A stretch of 64,000 bases of DNA, taken from positions 62,001 through 126,000 of the forward strand of contig JBBDMM010000010.1 in NCBI GenBank assembly GCA_040878325.1, written 5' to 3'. This DNA is from Acidimicrobiia bacterium (GTDB taxonomy: Bacteria; Actinomycetota; Acidimicrobiia; Spongiisociales; UBA11373). Below are positions 56,283-64,000 of this stretch, piece after piece. The translations under genes and the position numbers were made by a program. The stretch's first letter is position 1, and every line of letters starts with the position of its first letter. The notes below the pieces were generated by a model that saw only the letters and a list, made by a program, of their open reading frames with translations, did no database searches and had not been told where the DNA came from.

Positions 56283-57107
56283 CTAGACGGCGATGGCCCC
56301 GGCGCGGTCCGGCTCGTAATCGGGGTCGAACGGCGGCGGATCGATGAGCGGCGGCTGGTCCCAGATGTGGACCGGCATCCCCACGAACAGCTGGTCGTCC
56401 AGCCAGTCCGAGTCCCAGGTGGTCACCCGGACGCAGCCATGGGAAGCCGGAAACTCGGGGACGCTGAGGTACCCGTGGATCCCGTAGAAGTCGGCGAACG
56501 CCCAGTAGTTGTACACGCACCAGCCGGTCGCCTGGTCGCACACCCACCCGTACTGGCGCCAGCGCAGGGTGAAGTCGCCGCGAGGTGTGGAGGCCGCGAC
56601 GTTGCGGCCGTTACGCGGGCTGAAGTACGTGTAGGCACCCCCGGTGGAGGTATGGAGGACGCCCGCGATCTGGTGGTCCCGGACGATGAAGATCAGCTGA
56701 CGGTCGAGATCGACCTCGACCCGATCGGGCTCGTCGTACCGGTCGGGGATGCCCGAAGGGGGCAGCATCCGGAGGCGAATCCAATCGAGTCCGGTCCAGG
56801 TCGTGGTTCGTTCGAGTCCGAGGTACTTGTGAAAGGCCACAACCGCCAGCGCAGTCTCCTGGTCGTATATGCCGTCGACAGGCTGGCGATAGAAGCCGGC
56901 GTCGCTTAGCGCCTGCTGGAGGCGTTCGACTGCCGGACCCGAGTCGTCTGGGCCGAGCCTCACCAGCGGGTCGAAGCCGTGGACTGGATGCAGTTCTGGG
57001 AGCGGTTCGACGGCGAGGGCGGTGGGGAGGGGGAGAATGGCGAGCAACAGCAACGCCGCGCCGCCGGTCATCACTCCGGCCCAGCGGGAAATCTTCGAAT
57101 CTGACAC
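56283..57107 (-). CDS. L,D-transpeptidase with peptidoglycan-binding domain
   Basis: LQQAL...GFY...VDG.Y; HG...SHGCVR; paralog of 46604-47584. Confidence 0.9.
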   Translation of the reverse strand: MSDSKISRWAGVMTGGAALLLLAILPLPTALAVEPLPELHPVHGFDPLVRLGPDDSGPAVERLQQALSDAGFYRQPVDGIYDQETALAVVAFHKYLGLERTTTWTGLDWIRLRMLPPSGIPDRYDEPDRVEVDLDRQLIFIVRDHQIAGVLHTSTGGAYTYFSPRNGRNVAASTPRGDFTLRWRQYGWVCDQATGWCVYNYWAFADFYGIHGYLSVPEFPASHGCVRVTTWDSDWLDDQLFVGMPVHIWDQPPLIDPPPFDPDYEPDRAGAIAV

Positions 57108-57329
57108 GAGGACTCCGTTCTCCAGTCGCAGACACCTTAAATATCGGTCGGCCGAACGTCTGGCTTGCGCGCATTCGGGACCCGAACCAGCCAGTGCCCG
57201 TATGGAATTGCGGCTCTAGAGCGATCACCAGGGTAGATGGATCGGGGTGACCAATCCCGCGATGGCCCTTGGGAGACGCACCCGCTGGGTCGATAAGAAC
57301 CAATCGACAAGTCAAAGCGAGACAAGCGA

Positions 57330-57884
57330 ATGACAAAAAGACTGAAACTGTTTGCAGCCATGATCGCGCTCACGCTGGTGGCTGTCGCAGCTCCCGCGAT
57401 GGCAGCACACACCGAGGAGATGATGGTCGGTGACGCCATCACGGAGGCGTTCGAACTCGACGACGCCGTGGTGCACGATCTCCACGAGGCGGGCATCGGA
57501 TACGGCGCCATCTTTCTGCTCCAGATGTACGCCTACGCGACCGGCATGACCGTCGAGGAACTTCTGGCGGAGATGGAGATCGATCCGGAGACCGGCGAGT
57601 ACGCTTTCAACTTCGGCGAGCTCCAGCAAAGTCTGACCGAAGAGCAGCTCGCGCTTCTCGAGGACCTGCCCAAGAACCTGGGGCAGATCGTCTCGGCCGC
57701 CAACCGGCCCGAAGTTGCCGTAGAGGGCGAGCCCGAAGTTACCGTAGAGGGCGAGCCCGAATGGGCCGGTGAAGGCCAGCCCCCGTGGGCCGGCGAGGGC
57801 AGGCCCACGTGGGCCGGTGAAGGCAAGCCGCCGTTCGTCGGAAACGACGATGACGACGATGACCTGGGAGGCGGCGACGCGTAA
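57330..57884 (+). CDS. Secreted acidic protein with PxWAGEG repeats
   Basis: Signal peptide AMA; G.GYG.IF; 8-aa repeats; poly-Asp tail. Confidence 0.75.
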   Translation: MTKRLKLFAAMIALTLVAVAAPAMAAHTEEMMVGDAITEAFELDDAVVHDLHEAGIGYGAIFLLQMYAYATGMTVEELLAEMEIDPETGEYAFNFGELQQSLTEEQLALLEDLPKNLGQIVSAANRPEVAVEGEPEVTVEGEPEWAGEGQPPWAGEGRPTWAGEGKPPFVGNDDDDDDLGGGDA

Positions 57885-57975
57885 GTCGTTCTCCAACCTC
57901 TATCGCGATGGACCGCCGGACGACCGGCGGTCCATTCGCGCTCGCACACTGCGGGGACCTCTTGGCTAGCCTCGA

Positions 57976-59553
57976 ATGGCGATGCCGAGGCAACACCGAC
58001 GCATCCCCGCCCTGGTGGGGCTACTCCTCATCGTGGCGTCGTGTTCCGACGACTCGGCGAACACGACCTCCACGACGGTCACCACCACCGCGATCACGAC
58101 CACCTCCTCCACGACGACCACTACCCGGCCTTTGGCGCCGAGTGGTCCCCCAATCGCCAGCGAAGGCGACACCAACGAAGTGGTGTTCGCGATCCAGTTC
58201 TTGATGAACTGCGCCGGGTACGGACCGCTCGAGGTCGACGGAGTGTTCGGCCCGGCGACCGCCGCCGCCATCGAGGAAATGCAGGCCGACCTCGACCGTG
58301 AGGTGACGGGCGAACCGGACGAGTTCACGCTGGCGCTCCTTTCCCGGTCCTGCGCGGACAGCCGGAGGCTCGAGGTGGGAGGCAATGCGGTACGGGCGGT
58401 GGGGAACGTCTCGGTGGCGGATCCCGACACCTACTTCGTCGAAGCCGAGGAGGGGGACAGGCTGGCGGTTCTCGTGGAGTCGACGACGGGTGAGGCGCGG
58501 ATCCAGGTGAGAGGGCCTGATGGCAATCCGGTCGGGCCCTCGACGGTGGCGGCGTGGGCTCTCGATCTGACGGTGAGCCAGGATCACGTGATCACCGTTT
58601 CGACCATCGGTGATGCCACCTCGTACACACTCACTGCGGCTGTGCTCGACCCGCCGGACGGTGATGCCGTGCCCGCTGCCGATCCCGACACGGTTGCGGT
58701 CGACGACCTCGAGGAAGCGGTGACCAGGGTGTGTCTCGACTCCACGGGCGACGGTTCGTATGTGGCCGAGACCGGGTCGGGCTATCTCATCGTCGCTACG
58801 GGCGCTCCAGGGAGTTTTGCGGTGAGCCGGGGCGGAATCGGCGCCTCCGCCGAGTTCGTATACCGCGACGAGTCGCCGGGTTATGCCGGATTCCCCGTGG
58901 ACCTCGAGATCGAGGTCGGGGACCGCATCGTCGGAACTGCCGCGGTTTATCCAGAAGGGGGATCGGAACCCGTCGATCTCGCCTTCAACCTCACGAGGTC
59001 GGCAGCACCGTGCGAAGGTGGTGCCGGCATTCCCGTCGTCCTGGAGGCCTCCGGGCTGGGCATCGTCGAGTTCGGTGCTTTGGCCGACGACGCCCTTGCC
59101 CTGGTACGCCAGGCATTGCCCCAGGCATCCCCGCCCGACGACACCGGGTGGGTTGAGATCGACCCGGTGGCGAACGACTTCGGGGTGTGTGAGGCGAGCG
59201 TCACCGAGGTCAGGGCGGTGACGATCGACAACCTCACGCTCTACTTCACCGACGGGACCACCTCCGGGTTGCCCGCCGGCACCAGGCGATTCGTGGGTTA
59301 CCGGGCCACCGCCGGGGTGTTCCCGTTTGCGACCGAAGCCGGTGTCGGGCCCGGCTCGACCATCGGTGATGTGCTGGCGGCCCATCCCGACGCCGGGATC
59401 GGTGTCGGGCTCGAGGGGGGTCGGGACGTCTTCATCACCTCTCCACCTGGCAACGACGCGTGGCTGCGGGCGCTCGCCCCGGACGCCGCCGACGCCGCGG
59501 ACGTCGGGGCGGAGATCACCGCGATCGTCGGCGGCCGGTTCTGCGACCTATGA
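57976..59553 (+). CDS. Peptidoglycan-binding lipoprotein
   Basis: Lipobox VASC, Thr stalk, IQ..M...GY....VDGVFGPAT..AI. Confidence 0.8.
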   Translation: MAMPRQHRRIPALVGLLLIVASCSDDSANTTSTTVTTTAITTTSSTTTTTRPLAPSGPPIASEGDTNEVVFAIQFLMNCAGYGPLEVDGVFGPATAAAIEEMQADLDREVTGEPDEFTLALLSRSCADSRRLEVGGNAVRAVGNVSVADPDTYFVEAEEGDRLAVLVESTTGEARIQVRGPDGNPVGPSTVAAWALDLTVSQDHVITVSTIGDATSYTLTAAVLDPPDGDAVPAADPDTVAVDDLEEAVTRVCLDSTGDGSYVAETGSGYLIVATGAPGSFAVSRGGIGASAEFVYRDESPGYAGFPVDLEIEVGDRIVGTAAVYPEGGSEPVDLAFNLTRSAAPCEGGAGIPVVLEASGLGIVEFGALADDALALVRQALPQASPPDDTGWVEIDPVANDFGVCEASVTEVRAVTIDNLTLYFTDGTTSGLPAGTRRFVGYRATAGVFPFATEAGVGPGSTIGDVLAAHPDAGIGVGLEGGRDVFITSPPGNDAWLRALAPDAADAADVGAEITAIVGGRFCDL

Positions 59554-60435
59554 CGCCAGTTCCGTAGCCAGCATCTCCAGTTGATCGAGCCCGAACGGGT
59601 CGCCGAGGGGTTGGATCGAGACGTGGTCGGCGCCGGCGTCGAGGTGAGCCCGGAGCCTGTCGGCGACCGTGACGGTATCACCCCATCCCACCACCGAGTC
59701 GACGACCGGATCGGTGCCCCCTTCGTCCAGGTCGGCGTCGGACCACCCGAGACGAAGGAGGTTGCGCCGGTAGTTGTCCAGGGCGAGGTATCCGGCCATG
59801 TGGGTGCGCGCGGTCTGTCGGGCGGTGGTGGCGTTCGCATCGATCACGATCGCCTGCTCGGGCGCGATCAGCGGGCCGGGGCCGACTAGTTCCCGGGCGA
59901 GCCTGGTGTGTTCGACTGGCGAGAAGTACGGATGCACCCCGGCGGTCCGGCTCGCCCCCAGCGCCAGCATCCGCGGGCCGAGGGCGGCCAACACGACCGC
60001 CGGGGCATCAGCCCCCGCGATCGGGGTGGATACGGCCTCGAGGGCATCGAGGTACTCCGCCATCCGCTGCAGGGGGCGAAGGTATTGCTGCCCCCGGCGG
60101 GTCACCGATGGGGCGTGGCTGACCCCGAGTCCGAGCACGAAGCGCCCGGAGTGTGCCTCGGACAGCCCGAACGCCCCGAATGCGGTCGCCATCGGATCGC
60201 GTGCCCAGATGCTGGCGATGCCCGTGGCGACGACGATCCGCTCGGTCGCCTCGAGAACCAGCGACGCCGCGGTGAATGCCTCTCGCCCCCGGCTCTCGGG
60301 AAACCAGATCGCCCCGTAGCCAAGTTCTTCGATCACCCGGACCGCGGCTCGAACCTCGGCCGCCGGTTGGGTGACGACTCCCCAACAGAAGACACCAAAG
60401 GGACCGAGGGAGGGGGGAGTGGTGGTGAGGTCCAT
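59548..60435 (-). CDS. F420-dependent LLM-class oxidoreductase (TIGR03620-like)
   Basis: EELGYGAIW, VATGIASIW.R, LGLGVSH, LAALGPRML, NY..NL.RLG, AGADHV. Confidence 0.9.
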   Translation of the reverse strand: MDLTTTPPSLGPFGVFCWGVVTQPAAEVRAAVRVIEELGYGAIWFPESRGREAFTAASLVLEATERIVVATGIASIWARDPMATAFGAFGLSEAHSGRFVLGLGVSHAPSVTRRGQQYLRPLQRMAEYLDALEAVSTPIAGADAPAVVLAALGPRMLALGASRTAGVHPYFSPVEHTRLARELVGPGPLIAPEQAIVIDANATTARQTARTHMAGYLALDNYRRNLLRLGWSDADLDEGGTDPVVDSVVGWGDTVTVADRLRAHLDAGADHVSIQPLGDPFGLDQLEMLATELAS

Positions 60436-60446
60436 TAGAGATCCAG

Positions 60447-60507
60447 GAACCAAGAGTCAAGAATCAAGAGAGTCATTGTCAAGATCTTGACTCTTGGTTC
60501 TTGACTC
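60447..60507. repeat. Inverted heptamer array (YCAAGAR / YTCTTGR) forming a 16-bp stem
   Basis: GAACCAAGAGTCAAGA 60447-60462 is the exact reverse complement of 60485-60500. Confidence 0.88.
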
Positions 60508-61836
60508 TCCTAGGAGCCGTAGTGCGATCGCCTCGGCGACTATCGACTTCTGCCAGTCGTCCAGGTCGAGGCTCTCGTTAGGGCCGTGGGCCCGGCTGGT
60601 GGGGTCGGCGGCTCCGGTGAGGACGATGGCCGCCTCCGGGTAGGCGTCGGAGAACGCTGCCACGAACGGGATCGATCCACCCACGCCCATGTCCACCGGC
60701 TGGCGCCCCCAGGCCTCGGCGAAGGCGGCGCGGAATGCGTCGACGCGCGAGTCCTCCCCACCGAGGGCGAACGGGGCGCCGCTCTCCCATGGTGTGACCG
60801 TCACCTCCGCCCCCCAGGCGGGCTGTGACTCGAGGTGCGCCACCAGCGATTTCATCGCTCGATCGGGCAGATCCCCCGGGGCAAGGCGCACGCTGACCTT
60901 CGCGGTGGCCCGCGGGATCAGTTGGTTGATCGCCTTGGCAACCGGTGGGGCGTCGATGGCGAGCACCGCGGCCGCGGGCTTCATCCACAACCGTGACGTC
61001 AGGTTGCCCGAGCCGATGAGTTCCACGCCAGGGAGGACGCCCGCCTGCGATCGAAGCTCTTCTTCGGTGAGGTCGAGCGGGTCGGCATCGCCGGTGACCA
61101 GGCCGGGAACGGCCACCTCGCCACTGGCATCGTGGAGCGAGGCGAGGACTCGACACAAGATGGTCAACGCGTCGGGGACCGCCCCGCCGAACTGGCCGGA
61201 ATGGACCCCAGCCTGGAGGACCTTCACCTCGATCTTGGCCGACACCAGCCCGCGCAGCGAGGTGGTGAGGGCAGGGACGCCCACGCGCCAGTTGCCGGAG
61301 TCGGCGATCACGATCACGTCGGCGGCGAGCAGGTCTCCATGTTCGGCGAGGAAGCCGGGAAGGTTCGCCGAACCGATCTCTTCCTCGCCCTCGATGAACA
61401 CCTTCAGGTTCACCGGTGGCGCACCGTCGTAGGCCCGCAGCACCCCGGCGTGACCGACTACGCCGGCCTTGTTGTCGGATGAGCCCCGGCCGTAGAGGCG
61501 GCCGTCTCGCTCCTCGGGCTCGAACGGCTCGGTATCCCAGCCATCGTCCTCACCGGGGGGCTGGACGTCGTGGTGCGCGTAGAGCAGAACGGTGGGGGCG
61601 CCGGCCGGCCCGGGGACTTCACCGAACACCGCGGGGTGGGCGTCGGCGTGCTCGAGCAGCCGCACGTCTCGGTACCCGGCGCCTCGCAGCAGTTCCGCAG
61701 TGGTTTCAGCCGATCGGCGCACTTCGGCGGCATCGAAACTCGGTGCGCTCACTGAGGGAATACGGACCAGCGCCTCGAGTTCGGCCCGCAATGTCGGCAA
61801 CAGGGCCTCGATTTTGCTCTTGAGATCGTCGTACAT
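60457..61836 (-). CDS. M20 family dipeptidase
   Basis: YAHHDVQP, GRGSSDNK, EGEEE.GS, LRG, GGSIP, HGPNES. Confidence 0.93.
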   Translation of the reverse strand: MYDDLKSKIEALLPTLRAELEALVRIPSVSAPSFDAAEVRRSAETTAELLRGAGYRDVRLLEHADAHPAVFGEVPGPAGAPTVLLYAHHDVQPPGEDDGWDTEPFEPEERDGRLYGRGSSDNKAGVVGHAGVLRAYDGAPPVNLKVFIEGEEEIGSANLPGFLAEHGDLLAADVIVIADSGNWRVGVPALTTSLRGLVSAKIEVKVLQAGVHSGQFGGAVPDALTILCRVLASLHDASGEVAVPGLVTGDADPLDLTEEELRSQAGVLPGVELIGSGNLTSRLWMKPAAAVLAIDAPPVAKAINQLIPRATAKVSVRLAPGDLPDRAMKSLVAHLESQPAWGAEVTVTPWESGAPFALGGEDSRVDAFRAAFAEAWGRQPVDMGVGGSIPFVAAFSDAYPEAAIVLTGAADPTSRAHGPNESLDLDDWQKSIVAEAIALRLLGESRTKSQDLDNDSLDS

Positions 61837-61987
61837 GCCGGGGACGGTAGTGCGGGCCTGGGCCCCAGTTACCAGCGTTCCGCCAAGAAAGGGGCGGAAC
61901 TGGATTCACCGAAGGGGGGCGCGGGCTAACCTTGCCGTTCCGGGCCGACTCTCCGTCGGCCGGGAACTACAACGGGAGAAACCCTAT

Positions 61988-63661
61988 ATGAAGCGATTTA
62001 CGAGAGTGGCAACTCTCGTCTTGGTGTTCGCGCTGGTTGCTGCTGCTTGCGGCGACGACGACAGCGGCGGCACGACCACGACCGCGGCAAGCGATTTCGT
62101 GGGAGACGCGGTGGTTGCCCCCGACTGCGATTACGGAGGCAAGATCAAGTCGATCACTGCCACCGACCAGTTCACTGTGGTGTTCGAGATGTGCAAGCCG
62201 GTGCCCGCCTTCCCGCAGATCGCGGCGTTCACGCCGTTCGGGATCCAGCCGAAGGAGCACCTCCAGGCCAATGCTGGTCCTGCATTGTTGGAGAACCCCG
62301 TTGGCACGGGACCCTTCGTGCTCGACCAGTGGCAGCGCGGCGACAGCATCATCTTCAGTCGTTTCGACGACTACTGGGGCGTCAAGCCCGTGTATGAGAC
62401 GCTCGTCTTCCGCTGGGCCACCGAAGGGGCGGCACGCCTTCTCGAGCTCGAGACGGGGAATGTCGATCAGATCACGAATGTGAGCCCTGACGACTTCGAG
62501 ACGGTGCAGAACAACCCCGATCTGACGTTCATCCCGTCGGCGAACCCGAACACCTTCTATTTGGCGATGACGAACACGTTCTCGCCGTTCAACAACCTGA
62601 AGGTGCGGACCGCGATCGCCATGGGTATCGACCGGCAGCGGATCGTCGACAACTTCTACCCGGAAGGGTCGGAAGTCGCTTCCCACTTCACGCCTTGTTC
62701 GATCCCGAACGGGTGCGCGGGTGAAGCGTGGTACGACTTCGACATGGCGGCCGCTCGGGCCCTCCTTGCAGAGGGGCTGGCCGAGGAAGGCCTGTCCGTC
62801 GACACATGGACCACTGCGATCTACTACCGGGACGTGTTCCGTGGCTACCTGCCGGAGCCGGGCAGCGTGGCGGTGGAGATCCAGACGCAGTTGATGGAGA
62901 ACCTTGGCATCACGGCCGATGTGGTCGTGATGGAGTCGGGCGAGTTCATCGACGAGTCGACCAACGGTCGTCTCGACGGGTTCTACCTACTCGGTTGGGG
63001 TGCGGACTACCCGCACATCACCAACTTCCTCGACTTCCACTTCGGCGAGGCGTATCCAGGGTTCGGTACCGGCCACCCGGAGATCTACGAGAACCTCATC
63101 GAGGCCTCGACGATCGCGGATGAGGCCGAGACCGCGCCGCTGTACGAGGCGGCGAACAACGCCATCCGGGAGCTGGTGCCGATGGTGCCGATCGCTCACG
63201 GAGCGTCCGCTTCGGCGGCGTTGGCGTCGGTGGACGGTGCCCATTTCCGTCCGTTCGGTGCGCCATTGTTCGAGGCGGTCGATCCGGGCAAGGACACGTT
63301 TGTGTGGATGCAGAATGCTGAGCCGATCAGCCTGTACTGCGCCGACGAGACCGATGGTGAATCTCTTGCCGCCTGCCAGCAGGTGGTCGAGGCTCTCCTC
63401 GGTTACGCGATCGACTCAGGTGAGGTCGTGCCGGCACTCGCCACCTCGTGTGATGCGAACGCGGACTCCACTGTGTGGACCTGCGTGATCCGTCAGGGCG
63501 TGAAGTTCCATGATGGGTCGGACCTCGACGCCAACGACGTGGTTGCCTCGTGGGCGGCAGGCATCGATGCCTCCAACCCGTACCACATAGGCAACACCGG
63601 CGTGTTCGAGTACTACGCGTACTTGTTCGATCAGTTGATGAACCTCCCGGCCGAGGGCTGA
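61988..63661 (+). CDS. Peptide/nickel ABC transporter solute-binding lipoprotein (family 5), circularly permuted
   Basis: Lipobox AAAC; PVGTGPF, VR.AI..GIDR, GW.ADY; PALA...RQGVKFHDG.DL.A.DV at the C-terminus. Confidence 0.9.
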   Translation: MKRFTRVATLVLVFALVAAACGDDDSGGTTTTAASDFVGDAVVAPDCDYGGKIKSITATDQFTVVFEMCKPVPAFPQIAAFTPFGIQPKEHLQANAGPALLENPVGTGPFVLDQWQRGDSIIFSRFDDYWGVKPVYETLVFRWATEGAARLLELETGNVDQITNVSPDDFETVQNNPDLTFIPSANPNTFYLAMTNTFSPFNNLKVRTAIAMGIDRQRIVDNFYPEGSEVASHFTPCSIPNGCAGEAWYDFDMAAARALLAEGLAEEGLSVDTWTTAIYYRDVFRGYLPEPGSVAVEIQTQLMENLGITADVVVMESGEFIDESTNGRLDGFYLLGWGADYPHITNFLDFHFGEAYPGFGTGHPEIYENLIEASTIADEAETAPLYEAANNAIRELVPMVPIAHGASASAALASVDGAHFRPFGAPLFEAVDPGKDTFVWMQNAEPISLYCADETDGESLAACQQVVEALLGYAIDSGEVVPALATSCDANADSTVWTCVIRQGVKFHDGSDLDANDVVASWAAGIDASNPYHIGNTGVFEYYAYLFDQLMNLPAEG

Positions 63662-63681
63662 TCGCCTCGACGGAGTAACGG

Positions 63682-63711
63682 ACGAGAACCGGGGGGCCCC
63701 CGGTCTCGTTT
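63682..63711 (+). terminator. Stem-loop after the solute-binding protein gene (partial terminator or mRNA stabiliser)
   Basis: ACGAGAACCGGGG...CCCGGTCTCGT followed by TT. Confidence 0.6.
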
Positions 63712-63716
63712 CAAGC

Positions 63717-63899
63717 GCGATACGCAAGTCGCGATACGCAATACGACAGAGCCTGCGAACCAATCGGAAGCACTGGAACTCAAAGGAAGCCCAAGAGGAG
63801 CCAAGAGCGAAGACTCAAGATCCAAGACCGAATTCGTCTTGACTCTTGATTCTTGACTCTTGATTCTTCCGTCGGGTAGCGGGTAGCGGGTAGCGGGAG
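63717..63899. repeat. Composite heptamer arrays: GCRATAC-type, YCAAGA/TCTTGAY inverted set, (CGGGTAG)3
   Basis: 63717-63744, ~63801-63868, 63873-63899. Confidence 0.88.
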
Positions 63900-63906
63900 G
63901 TGACAC

Positions 63907-64000
63907 ATGCTCCACTTCGTCGGGCGGAGGCTGTTGCTCGCGCTTCCGGTGCTGCTTGGCATCCTCATCGCCACTTTTCTGCTTGCCCGAATGATTCCCG
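63907..64000 (+). CDS. ABC transporter permease (DppB/OppB-like), 5' part only
   Basis: MLHFVGRRLLLALPVLLGILIATFLLARMIP; GGAGG RBS; runs off the window. Confidence 0.85.
   Translation, partial: MLHFVGRRLLLALPVLLGILIATFLLARMIP

Overview
High-GC chromosomal segment, most likely from an actinobacterium of class Acidimicrobiia. This is an inference from F420-dependent Ddn and TIGR03620 enzymes, many Thr-linker lipoproteins, cyclase-STAND proteins and frequent leaderless starts. No rRNA, tRNA, CRISPR array, integrase or transposase was seen. The left ~30 kb is accessory and defence-like. It holds intact and decayed toxin-antitoxin (TA) genes, including a duplicated higA-like gene with one copy amber-interrupted, five class III nucleotidyl cyclases, a class 3 lipase, an RqlH/RqlI (PsyrTA-type) RecQ-PRTase/DprA pair and a PemK/MazF module. 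The middle carries a complete trpEGDCFBA-aroF operon behind an unannotated WWW leader peptide and attenuator. The right part encodes cell-envelope, peptidase and transport functions and ends in a peptide ABC operon whose solute-binding protein looks circularly permuted. Non-coding signals include four TGTC-N12-(T/C)AnnnT promoters resembling the PafBC DNA-damage motif, and a family of intergenic 7-bp tandem repeats. All calls come from reading the sequence by eye; no database searches were run.
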